From the NCBI GenBank assembly GCA_937903135.1, contig CALDAH010000011.1:1-56795 (forward strand): a stretch of DNA of 56,795 bases, given 5' to 3'. Under the pieces are notes generated by a model, which made no database searches, was not told the DNA's origin, and saw only the letters and a program-made list of their open reading frames with translations. This DNA comes from an uncultured Alphaproteobacteria bacterium (GTDB taxonomy: Bacteria; Pseudomonadota; Alphaproteobacteria; Rs-D84). Of the stretch, positions 10,188 through 18,999 are shown piece by piece (position 1 is the stretch's first letter; every line of letters begins with the position of its first letter). The translations under genes were made by a program, and so were the position numbers.

Positions 10188-10200
10188 TTTATGATATAAT
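10188..10200 (+). promoter_or_regulatory. Copy 1 of the recurrent 13-mer TTTATGATATAAT (extended -10-like)
   Basis: Exact 13-mer containing TGnTATAAT, 24 nt upstream of the ATG at 10224. Identical copies at 27627 and 37860. Confidence 0.4.
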
Positions 10201-10223
10201 TTTTTCAAAAGGAGTTATTTATA

Positions 10224-11474
10224 ATGAAAAAGCAGATGTCTTTGTTTATTTGGGCGGCGGCATTATTTGGTATGAATCCGGTATTCGCTGCTACGAATAT
10301 TGGCCCGCGTGCCGCATCCAGTGTTGATTTAACAAACGGACCTGCGACACGTACGCGCACAAATGTAAATTATAAGAAGTATGAAACACGTACCTCTTCT
10401 AAAACATATGATGTTCGCGATGGACGTAATCTGTATTATACAGAACCGGCAAAGCGCAGTACATTATACAAAGAATACGATGCCGGCAGAACAGGGGCGG
10501 CAGCAAAAACATCTGTGCGGACAACACGTACAGAAACCGCACGCCGCGAATTAAAACGTAAATATTATCTGGCACACCCGTTCTTTCAGCCGTTAAAGGG
10601 TAAATTCGGTTCGGTTACCGATTTGTCATATACGATGAATTCATATGATTTTTCAAACAAACCGATTGCTGTGGATATTGACGGAACGCAATATTCTTTC
10701 TTTGGCGGTGACGGAAAATGGGATATGAAGCAGTTCGCGATAAAAGAAGATTTTAGCTATGGTATTACCGATACGATCGCTGTTTTGGGAATGCTGAAAT
10801 ACGACTCGTCTGATTATAAATTTAAATGGGACGTCGGCGCAGATGATAAAATGGACGATAACGGTTTAAATCTGTTCGGTATCGGGGCGCAGTGGCGTTT
10901 TATGGATAACGAAAAATGGATCGCGACATTATCCGGATATTTCCAGCATCAAAAAGATATATCTAATAACTATATCTTGGATTTAAAGGGCGGGTATAAG
11001 ATTTCGTCATCAACGATTTACGGTGTTGCGCGCGGCTGGTATGTTGACTTTGATGGTAATACATACGGAAACGGCGTTGAAGGGAATGACGTAAACGGAA
11101 ATGCCGGGCAGTTATATCTGGCGTATAAAACAAATACAAGCGATGCGTTTTATATAGAAGGTGGCGTCGGGGTATTTAGTGTTCTTGACGAGGATTGGAC
11201 ATTAAACCTAGAGGCGGTATTGGGTCATTATGACTGGCATCAGCAGGCATCTATTAAGGGTGCAATCGGATGGCAGCCGAATGAATGGTTCGCATTAAAC
11301 CTGTATGCAAAGACCGCGTTCTATGACAGTGCAAATGATAAAACATTAGATTTGTACTGGAAAGGTACGACCGATAACGGTATAAGATTGGATTATTTAA
11401 CCAAAATTGGCGATGCTAAGTTGGATAATTATTCTGAAACAACCGTTGGCGTCCAGGCAATATTTTATTTCTAG
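10224..11474 (+). CDS. Putative outer-membrane beta-barrel protein, family unknown
   Basis: Signal peptide (VFA-AT), alternating aromatic/Gly-rich beta-strand pattern, C-terminal ...GVQAIFYF. Confidence 0.55.
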   Translation: MKKQMSLFIWAAALFGMNPVFAATNIGPRAASSVDLTNGPATRTRTNVNYKKYETRTSSKTYDVRDGRNLYYTEPAKRSTLYKEYDAGRTGAAAKTSVRTTRTETARRELKRKYYLAHPFFQPLKGKFGSVTDLSYTMNSYDFSNKPIAVDIDGTQYSFFGGDGKWDMKQFAIKEDFSYGITDTIAVLGMLKYDSSDYKFKWDVGADDKMDDNGLNLFGIGAQWRFMDNEKWIATLSGYFQHQKDISNNYILDLKGGYKISSSTIYGVARGWYVDFDGNTYGNGVEGNDVNGNAGQLYLAYKTNTSDAFYIEGGVGVFSVLDEDWTLNLEAVLGHYDWHQQASIKGAIGWQPNEWFALNLYAKTAFYDSANDKTLDLYWKGTTDNGIRLDYLTKIGDAKLDNYSETTVGVQAIFYF

Positions 11475-11583
11475 TCAAATATTTATATAATTCCGGTTTC
11501 GGGGACGAGGCCGGAATTATGCACGCCTGTTTTTTTTAGACCAGGTCATTTTTATATAAAATAAATCCAGGGGGGATTATTCA

Positions 11584-12309
11584 ATGCGTAAGATTATAGC
11601 ATTAGGGGTGTTTTCATTAATTGCAATTTTTGGAACAGGTATTGCTCGCGCCGATGATATGTTGGCCCGTGATACATCTGATCCGATGTATATGCTGGGG
11701 ATTGAAGAGATTTTGTCCGAAACGAATCTGACGTATTGGGATAAAGTTCTGCGTTTAGGGCAAAGTATTTCATATGGTTTAAATAACCGTTTAACGGTTC
11801 ATGGAAATCTGCATTATCAAAATGATTTTGACGGTGACGAAGATGGTTTTTCCAGCTTTGATATCGGGGGCGTATATCGTATGGGAACAGGCGATGATAA
11901 TGCTGCGCGTATAATGTATGACGTTTTATTTGGATTTAAATTCGGCGGCAGTTCACATGTTCGCACCCCATGGTTCGCGGATTCAACGTATTATGCCGGG
12001 TTGCGTTTTGGTCGCCAATGGGCGGGAATGACGTTGGCAGGAACGATTAAATCCAGTTGGATTTTTGATGATCATCGCGGTATGTCATATATTGATTTTA
12101 TCCCCGAGGCGTATTTTCGTCTGAACCCAGATTGGCGTATCGGGGCAGGTGTAATTATACGCAAGGCGACAAATCCGGATTACGATCAGGAATGGTTGAA
12201 TTTTAAATTAATTCGTCAGTATGGCCGTACGCAGTATATCGGACATTTGGATTATGAATTCGAAAGTGAAGATGTTCAGATCGGCGCAAAGGTCAATATA
12301 TTATTTTAG
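11584..12309 (+). CDS. Putative small outer-membrane beta-barrel protein
   Basis: Signal peptide (ARA-DD) and C-terminal ...GAKVNILF. 241 aa. Confidence 0.5.
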   Translation: MRKIIALGVFSLIAIFGTGIARADDMLARDTSDPMYMLGIEEILSETNLTYWDKVLRLGQSISYGLNNRLTVHGNLHYQNDFDGDEDGFSSFDIGGVYRMGTGDDNAARIMYDVLFGFKFGGSSHVRTPWFADSTYYAGLRFGRQWAGMTLAGTIKSSWIFDDHRGMSYIDFIPEAYFRLNPDWRIGAGVIIRKATNPDYDQEWLNFKLIRQYGRTQYIGHLDYEFESEDVQIGAKVNILF

Positions 12310-12318
12310 TTTTATTAA

Positions 12319-12346
12319 ATACCCGCGATCCTGCGGGTATTTTTTT
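12319..12346. terminator. Bidirectional rho-independent terminator (OMP gene / rarA)
   Basis: 8-bp stem atacccgc/gcgggtat, 6-nt loop, then T7. Lies between convergent stop codons. Confidence 0.7.
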
Positions 12347-12349
12347 ATC

Positions 12350-13630
12350 CTAATTTTTTTTATTTATTTTTTCACGCATCGCATCCCAATAGTCCAGTCG
12401 TTTTTTTATCTCGCGTTCGAAGCCGCGTTCAACGGGATAGTAAAATTTTTGCCGTGCCATTGCGTCGGGAAAACAATTTTGGCCGCTAAATCCTGATGCC
12501 GTATCCGGGTCGTATATATAATCGCGCCCATAGCCTAGGTCCTTCATCATTTTTGTCGGGGCGTTTAGGATATTTTTAGGCGGCATTAAACTGCCGTTTT
12601 CCCGCGCGGCCCGCCATGCCGCCCCCTGGGCGCGGTAGTTCCCGATGCTTTTCGGGGCCGTCCCTAGGTATATTACCAATTCCGTCAGGGCGATGTCACC
12701 CTCGGGGCTGCCCATCCGTTCGTATAATTGCCACGCGGCCAGGGCAATCTGCATTGCGTTCGGATCGGCCAGGCCGATATCTTCCATCGCGAATCGCGCC
12801 AGGCGACGAAATAGGTAGCGCGGATCTTGGCCGGATAAAATCATTCGCGCCGTCCAGTACAGGGCCGCATCTGTATCCGATGCGCGCAGTGATTTATGAA
12901 CCGCAGATATTAGGTTATAGTGTTCATCCCCGTTTTTATCGGACATCGGCGCGCGTTTTTGAATAACGTTATCCAATTCGTCGGGCGATAAATCGTTTTT
13001 AAATTTTGCCGAGATTAGGTATTCAACCGTATTTAATAAAAATCGCGCGTCGCCATCTGCGATCTGCGATAAATGAACGCGCCCGGCCGCGTCCAACGGC
13101 AGGCGGGTTTTTAAAAACTCTTCGGCCCGGGATATAAGTGTATTTAAATCCTCGGTTGACAACGGCTGAAGCACGCCAATATGACAGCGCGATAGTAACG
13201 CGTTGTTTAGATTAAAGCTTGGGTTTTCGGTTGTCGCGCCGATAAATACAACCGTCCCATCCTCAAGATACGGGAGCAGGGTATCCTGCTGGGTTTTATT
13301 AAAGCGATGAATTTCATCAATAAATAAAAGTGTCCCGCGGCCAATCTGACTGTTCATGCGCGCGGCATCCATTGCCTTTTTTATATCGGCGGTCCCGGAA
13401 AATACGGCCGACATCGGCATAAATTCCATATCAACTGAATTTGCCAATGCCCGGGCAATCGTTGTTTTCCCACATCCTGGCGGCCCCCATAAAATTAAAT
13501 TAGACAGCTTACCGTTATCAACCATACGCCGAACCAGGCCGTTTTCGCCCAATAGCGTACGTTGACCTACGATATCATCAATAGTATTCGGACGCATTTT
13601 ATCAGCAAGAGGTCGGCTGTCGGTTTTCAT
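12350..13630 (-). CDS. rarA: Replication-associated recombination protein A (AAA+ ATPase RarA/MgsA)
   Basis: Walker [14 protein letters not shown] and Walker [12 protein letters not shown], plus a MgsA C-terminal domain. Confidence 0.93.
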   Translation of the reverse strand: MKTDSRPLADKMRPNTIDDIVGQRTLLGENGLVRRMVDNGKLSNLILWGPPGCGKTTIARALANSVDMEFMPMSAVFSGTADIKKAMDAARMNSQIGRGTLLFIDEIHRFNKTQQDTLLPYLEDGTVVFIGATTENPSFNLNNALLSRCHIGVLQPLSTEDLNTLISRAEEFLKTRLPLDAAGRVHLSQIADGDARFLLNTVEYLISAKFKNDLSPDELDNVIQKRAPMSDKNGDEHYNLISAVHKSLRASDTDAALYWTARMILSGQDPRYLFRRLARFAMEDIGLADPNAMQIALAAWQLYERMGSPEGDIALTELVIYLGTAPKSIGNYRAQGAAWRAARENGSLMPPKNILNAPTKMMKDLGYGRDYIYDPDTASGFSGQNCFPDAMARQKFYYPVERGFEREIKKRLDYWDAMREKINKKN

Positions 13631-13706
13631 TTTTATTTTACTTTTGTTTTATTTGCAATTTATTATGTGGTATAATAATTGTATTACATAAACATGGGAT
13701 TAGCAA

Positions 13707-14084
13707 TTGGTAAATAGTGATAAAAATTCTGAGTTTGCGTTGGCGGTTGCGAACCTGGCTGCGGCGGCAATGGCGGCAAATCCGGGAATGGATATGGCCA
13801 CGGCCGTGGCTGCGGCGCGCGAAACATTACGCGGCGCAACCGTTAGTCCGCGGCAGATTGAACAATCGGTCCTCCCGGATAAAATTCAATGCCTGGAGGA
13901 TGGTACGTGGCATATTATGCTGCGCCGGTATATTAAACGTAAATTCAATATGACCCCGGAACAGTATCGTCAGAAATGGGGACTGCCAAATAATTACCCG
14001 TTCGTTGCGCCGAACTATACCCAGCGGCGTTCTAAGATTGCGAAAAAGACCGGGCTGGGTAAAACAAAATCAGGGGAAAAATAA
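13707..14084 (+). CDS. Ros/MucR-family transcriptional regulator lacking the canonical zinc ligands
   Basis: MTPEQYRQKWGLPNNYPFVAPNYTQRRSKIAKKTGLG is the Ros/MucR signature. TTG start. Confidence 0.8.
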   Translation: MVNSDKNSEFALAVANLAAAAMAANPGMDMATAVAAARETLRGATVSPRQIEQSVLPDKIQCLEDGTWHIMLRRYIKRKFNMTPEQYRQKWGLPNNYPFVAPNYTQRRSKIAKKTGLGKTKSGEK

Positions 14085-15895
14085 TGGCTGATAAAATAAC
14101 AACAGCCGAAAGGTTGGGGAAAAAATTAGATGCCGGGGCAGATATATTTAAAGATGCACGGTTAAAGCTTTTAGATATTCATACAATATCTGGGCCGAAA
14201 AATACTCTGAAAATCAGCGCGGTTGTGTTATTTTGGCTGGCGCAAAATTCCATAAAAGTATTTAACAAAGCATTTGTTAATAATTCTTTGCTGCGAATAA
14301 TGGAACGCGGTACGGAAAAACTGTTCAGCGATAAAGATATAAATATCGCGGGCAAGATCATAAAAAATAACCCATGGATATTATCATACCTTGCATACTT
14401 TATGATGATCGGCAGTATTTTGTCCGCCGCCGATCGTAATCGGGCGGATAGCAATGATGGGGGGGGTAAAAAAATCGCGCAAACCGAAAACACCCGCAGG
14501 GCAGAGCCGAATACCGAGACATTAGCAAAGGATATATTTTCGCATTCCGCGGCCCGTAAAACCGCCGATGTATCGCTGGATAGATACTGGCCCGATATCG
14601 TTATCGGATTAACTGAACTGGAAACATATTACCCCGAGCCGCGGCGCAATCCGGGTGAAAAACGCTATACATCTGGTCTGGGGCTGACGTGGACATACAA
14701 ATACAATAACAGCGGCGCGCTGCGTCAAACCCCGAACGGGGAAGATACACCGGCCCGGGGTATGGATGACAATTTTGAACAGCTGCGTCGGCATTTAATC
14801 GCTGAAACATTTCCACGTCTGGTCCGTGTTACGGCCGGTCGGGAAAATATAACGGATCGGGCGGCAATTGCGCTGGTATACGCGGGATATCAACGATTGG
14901 CGGATATGGATCGTATTGCTGAAAAAATTAATAACGCCAAAAATGACCAACAAATCGCGGACGCTTTTATGGACGTTGGTAATATGAATTCCAAGTGGCT
15001 GAAAGGGACATTAAAACGTCGCTGGATATGTGCTGCATATGCTATCGGTGCGATAACATCAGACGATCTGTTGAATATGAATCGTGATGCATTCTCGGCT
15101 GTGGATATAAATACTATTATCCGCCACGGGCATTTCCTATTGGGGCCCGAGACTGTAAAATACGTACTCTCGCGCAGGAACTCTAATAATACTGTATCGG
15201 ATTTTCTAAATGGCTTTGAAACGGGGCGCGGTATTCTGGCGGCGGTCGGCGTTGATAAAGCAGCGCATGATTCGTCGGTCGCGATGGCCACAGATGTAAA
15301 TATTGAAAAATCAATGGTGTTCTGTAATCGCGCTGACCGGTCGCTGGCAAAAAAGAATTATACCAGGGCAATAGATTTGTTTAAACAGGCAATTGACCAT
15401 GACCCGGATAATATAGAGGCATATAGCAGCCTGGCGTTGGCATATAATAAACTTGGTGATCAAAAATCCGATATTAAATTTTACGAACAAGCTATCGTGG
15501 CCGTTGCGGGATGTAATCAGCGGATGAACGACAATAAAGAATTATTGCTAGACTATGATATAAAGGCCGCGTCGTATTATAACGCCGGCCGTGCCCGCGA
15601 GAAAATTGCAAATATTTACGAACTGCAGGGCAAAAAAGATTTAGCCCAAGAAAACATGCGGCTGGCGCTGAATAACTATAAAACCGCATTGGAAAATTGC
15701 CGGCAGGGGAACGGGGGCGCCGCGCGAATTGATCTATATAGCCGGTTAATTAAGAAGTTAGAGAATAAGCTAAAAAACAAAACCGTGGCATATGAATCAG
15801 GGGCGATTAAGATTAATAATATTCAAAAACAGCGCGAGGCTGATATCTATGGATTACCATTTAACGGAAATATTATACCAGGGGGACGTTTATGA
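14084..15895 (+). CDS. Membrane-anchored protein with a T4-lysozyme-like (GH24-like) central region and C-terminal TPR repeats
   Basis: TM segment PWILSYLAYFMMIGSILSAA. By-eye similarity to T4L: ELETYY...YTSGLGLT, ITDRAAIALVYAGYQ, NSKWLKGTLKRR. TPR: YTRAIDLFKQAIDHDPDNIEAYSSLALAYNKLGD. The start overlaps the mucR stop (TAATG). Confidence 0.5.
   Translation: MADKITTAERLGKKLDAGADIFKDARLKLLDIHTISGPKNTLKISAVVLFWLAQNSIKVFNKAFVNNSLLRIMERGTEKLFSDKDINIAGKIIKNNPWILSYLAYFMMIGSILSAADRNRADSNDGGGKKIAQTENTRRAEPNTETLAKDIFSHSAARKTADVSLDRYWPDIVIGLTELETYYPEPRRNPGEKRYTSGLGLTWTYKYNNSGALRQTPNGEDTPARGMDDNFEQLRRHLIAETFPRLVRVTAGRENITDRAAIALVYAGYQRLADMDRIAEKINNAKNDQQIADAFMDVGNMNSKWLKGTLKRRWICAAYAIGAITSDDLLNMNRDAFSAVDINTIIRHGHFLLGPETVKYVLSRRNSNNTVSDFLNGFETGRGILAAVGVDKAAHDSSVAMATDVNIEKSMVFCNRADRSLAKKNYTRAIDLFKQAIDHDPDNIEAYSSLALAYNKLGDQKSDIKFYEQAIVAVAGCNQRMNDNKELLLDYDIKAASYYNAGRAREKIANIYELQGKKDLAQENMRLALNNYKTALENCRQGNGGAARIDLYSRLIKKLENKLKNKTVAYESGAIKINNIQKQREADIYGLPFNGNIIPGGRL
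14459..14466 (+). repeat. G8 homopolymer, followed by A7, inside the 603-aa ORF
   Basis: Counted directly: gg+gggggg at 14459-14466, t, then a7 at 14468-14474. Encodes DGGGKK. Confidence 0.9.
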
Positions 15896-17838
15896 AAGTT
15901 TATGTAAATTATAACGATAAGCGTTGGAAAAAATATAAAATTGATTTTGAAAAAATCGCCTCTATGGCTGTATCCGCTGCATACAGCGAATCCGAGGTGT
16001 CGGTTATATTAACAAATGACGCAGAAATTCATCAGCTTAATAAACAATATCGTAATATTGACCGACCAACGAATGTTTTATCATTTGAGCTCGGCGATGA
16101 TATTTTATTAGGGGATATTTATATATCACTTGATACCGTTATGCGCGAGGCAGCAGATGCAAAAATATCTGTATCCGATCATACGGCGCATATGCTGGCA
16201 CATGGCATGCTGCATCTGCAGGGGTATGATCATTTAAATGACAAAGATGCACGTGTTATGGAATCGCGCGAGATAAAGATATTAAAAAAAATGGGTATTA
16301 AAAATCCCTATGCGGGTGAAAAAAAATCTCTGATCCGATATGCGGCATATTTTTTATGCGGTGCGATCGCTGCGTTGGGGTTTGCGCCGTTTTATATATG
16401 GCCTGCGACCCTTATCGCAATTGCGGCGGCGTATTGGATGACCGTATCCGATACCGATAGCGCGGGAATCGCAAAGACCGCATGGCGCGTATTCCCGTTC
16501 GGTGCAGCATATGCGATTGCGATGTTTTGGTGGGCATTAAATTCAATATATGTTGTCCCAGAGCTTGCCGCGCAGTTTGCTATATGGACGATTCCTGCGA
16601 TCGCCGCGATTGGTATTGCCGGTGGGATTATATTCGCCGCGCCATTTGTTGCCGTCGGCTGCGTTAAAACAACAGCGTATGCGCGCCCGATTATTTTTGC
16701 CGCCGCGTGGATGGTTGTTCTGTGGATGCGTGAATGGGTATTTACCGGTTTCCCATGGAATCCGATTGCAAATATTGCAATGCCGTGGCAGGGATTGGCA
16801 AATTCTATGTCGTTATGGGGGGCATTGGGATTAACGTTTATAATTATCGGATTTATCGCCGCCGGGGTTGAGGTTTTGCGTAATAAAAAATGCGCTATGT
16901 GCTGGATTATATGGGCTGCGTTCGTTTTGATGGGCGGCGTCGGCATCATCGCCGGAGAGAGAAATATTCACATCGCATCCGCCGGCGACCCGTCACCTGT
17001 GGTGCGAATTATTCAGCCCGCCCGTGCGCAGTCGGATAAAATATCATACTCGCGCAGTGATGCCCAACGCCGGGCCGAGGAAAATGTTCGCGATCTGTTA
17101 TCAATCGCCGTGGACCGGGGCGGGGAAACACCGGATTTAATTGTATACCCCGAAACTACGTACCCGTTTGTTGTTATCCCCGGGGATGATATGCCGTTTT
17201 CCAAAATACTCGGGACGAATGTAATTTTGGGGGCGACGACATATTCAGATAATAAAATATATAACTCTATGATTGTTGCTGACAAAGACGGCGTTATTCA
17301 GAAAATATATAGTAAATCACATCTTGTCCCGTTCGGGGAATATGGGCCGTTAGGTTTTTTACCGTCGCCGGCGAATCTCGCGCGCGGGGCAGGGGCGGAT
17401 ATAATAACAATTAACGCGCCCGGGGGGAATTTTATTTTTTCACCCGCGATTTGTTACGAGATTATTTTTTCAGATTCACTTATCCCGCGCAATAGCACCG
17501 CACCGGCGGCAATAATAAATATAACCAACGATACATGGTTTGGGAAAACCCCCGGGACATATCAGCATTTAGATATGGTTCGCAGATATGCAATTGAATC
17601 CGGTATGCCGATAATTCGCGCTAACTATTCCGGGATCAGTGCGTTTGTTGCGGCGGATGGGAAAATTTTATCGTCACTGCCGATCGGCGTTCGCGGAATT
17701 ATTGACGGGCGTGTATTCGGGGCGCATAAAACAATTTATCGCACCATAGGGCGCGACGGCTGGGTAATAATATTTTTACTGTTTTCATGTGTTACGGTAA
17801 TATTAATAAATCACCGTTCGCATCAGAACAAAGATTAA
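15892..17838 (+). CDS. Fused endoribonuclease YbeY (aa 1-140) and apolipoprotein N-acyltransferase Lnt (aa ~146-648)
   Basis: YbeY: HGMLHLQGYDH and the end ...MGIKNPY. Lnt: LVYPETTYP (E), YSKSHLVPFGEY (K), AICYEIIF (C) and 8 TM-like segments. No stop codon between them. ATGA overlap with the upstream ORF. Confidence 0.85.
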   Translation: MKVYVNYNDKRWKKYKIDFEKIASMAVSAAYSESEVSVILTNDAEIHQLNKQYRNIDRPTNVLSFELGDDILLGDIYISLDTVMREAADAKISVSDHTAHMLAHGMLHLQGYDHLNDKDARVMESREIKILKKMGIKNPYAGEKKSLIRYAAYFLCGAIAALGFAPFYIWPATLIAIAAAYWMTVSDTDSAGIAKTAWRVFPFGAAYAIAMFWWALNSIYVVPELAAQFAIWTIPAIAAIGIAGGIIFAAPFVAVGCVKTTAYARPIIFAAAWMVVLWMREWVFTGFPWNPIANIAMPWQGLANSMSLWGALGLTFIIIGFIAAGVEVLRNKKCAMCWIIWAAFVLMGGVGIIAGERNIHIASAGDPSPVVRIIQPARAQSDKISYSRSDAQRRAEENVRDLLSIAVDRGGETPDLIVYPETTYPFVVIPGDDMPFSKILGTNVILGATTYSDNKIYNSMIVADKDGVIQKIYSKSHLVPFGEYGPLGFLPSPANLARGAGADIITINAPGGNFIFSPAICYEIIFSDSLIPRNSTAPAAIINITNDTWFGKTPGTYQHLDMVRRYAIESGMPIIRANYSGISAFVAADGKILSSLPIGVRGIIDGRVFGAHKTIYRTIGRDGWVIIFLLFSCVTVILINHRSHQNKD

Positions 17839-18041
17839 GAATTTTTTATATTTTTTAAAATCCATACGCGAATTGCCGATGATAGATTGGTATCCGGGGA
17901 ACGCGCGGAATCTATCTCGCGGATGACATCGGCGACGGCGCGATGATTTTCCGCGCATATGCGTTTAAGCTCGGATAAAAATTCATCTTCGAGTGATATG
18001 CTGGTCTGGTGACCGGATAAAGATACAGATATTTTTTTCAT
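17835..18041 (-). CDS. Ribbon-helix-helix protein (RHH_4-like)
   Basis: 68 aa. GHQTSISLEDEFLSELKRICAENHRAVADVIREID...NLSSAIRVWIL matches the alphaproteobacterial RHH pattern. Confidence 0.6.
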   Translation of the reverse strand: MKKISVSLSGHQTSISLEDEFLSELKRICAENHRAVADVIREIDSARSPDTNLSSAIRVWILKNIKNS

Positions 18042-18042
18042 A

Positions 18043-18477
18043 TTAAAACTTTCCCCCCATCAGGCAATCTGTTATCGCCCGATACGGATCGTCGTATTTT
18101 CGTAATATGCGAAGTGTCGTGTTATCCAGCATATAGCATGTCCCCGTTGCATCAAATGCGAACCAAAATAAATCATTTTGTCCGAATATTGATTTCCCGC
18201 GCAGATCATTAATTCCCGCGATTTCATTATTTATCTCAAAAATTCCGGGGACGGGGTATGTGCGATTCTGATTCCATTCGCCCGGACCGAATATATAGCC
18301 CGAGTCCAGATTAATCCCAGATGTGCGCGAATATAGATTTGCCATAAACGTTGGAATTGTTGCCGCACGAATTTGCTGCAGTGCGCTGCTGGCCAATATA
18401 ATATCACGATCGGCCGCGGGCGGTGCAAATTCTGCGCCACGTGATTTTATTCCGGATAATAATTCGTCTAGGGTCAT
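18043..18477 (-). CDS. SUKH/SMI1-KNR4-like protein (immunity-protein fold), tentative
   Basis: 144 aa. IPTFMANLYSRTSGINL ... IFGQNDLFWFAFDATGTCYMLD ... resembles the SUKH pattern by eye. Confidence 0.4.
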   Translation of the reverse strand: MTLDELLSGIKSRGAEFAPPAADRDIILASSALQQIRAATIPTFMANLYSRTSGINLDSGYIFGPGEWNQNRTYPVPGIFEINNEIAGINDLRGKSIFGQNDLFWFAFDATGTCYMLDNTTLRILRKYDDPYRAITDCLMGGKF

Positions 18478-18492
18478 TTATTTTTTTCCATT

Positions 18493-18999
18493 TTATTCCA
18501 TACCGCGATCTGATGCGATCTGGGCCGCCATCTGGGTAAGGCGATCCTCGGTCGCGTTACCGCCATCGCCACCGTTGGCGGTATGGGCCGGGACATATAT
18601 TTTTTTTACAGGGTCGGGCAGCCATATAGTTTCGGCCCCGGATTGATTAATAATAAATCTGTCCATGTTATGCGAATGCGGAAACGTTCGGCACATAAAC
18701 ATGTTGGATATTTCCAATTGCCCGCCCATCGTTAATGGTACGCGCAATCGCAACGACAGATTTTCCGCCAGGCCGCGCCCTGTGATAATATTCATAAAAC
18801 TATCCTGCGATAGATTAAGAAACGCCAGGCTTTCAATTGAATCGGTAAGTGATTTTAAAAAATCACGCGTTAGTTCTTTGTATTTGGGAAACCAATCCGC
18901 CGCGATACAGGCCGGCCCGGGGCGATATTCGACCAAAGGCATGTCATTCATCCCGAGGTCTGATATCATTTTTTCGGCCATACTTTTGGTTAGTTGCAT
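18493..18999 (-). CDS. Hypothetical 168-aa protein
   Basis: ORF of typical local codon usage. Its start overlaps the upstream stop (TAATG). No family recognised. Confidence 0.5.
   Translation of the reverse strand: MQLTKSMAEKMISDLGMNDMPLVEYRPGPACIAADWFPKYKELTRDFLKSLTDSIESLAFLNLSQDSFMNIITGRGLAENLSLRLRVPLTMGGQLEISNMFMCRTFPHSHNMDRFIINQSGAETIWLPDPVKKIYVPAHTANGGDGGNATEDRLTQMAAQIASDRGME

Noticed and set aside
13641-13700. A possible dif (Xer) site or operator in the rarA-mucR spacer (ttatgt...acataa inverted hexamers).
   Set aside because: It is only a 6-bp inverted repeat in very AT-rich DNA and does not resemble the 28-bp dif consensus (XerC arm, 6-bp core, XerD arm).
14084-15895. The lysozyme-like gene, considered as a prophage remnant.
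   Set aside because: There are no capsid, terminase, holin or integrase genes nearby. The gene is translationally coupled to mucR and ybeY-lnt and has local codon usage.
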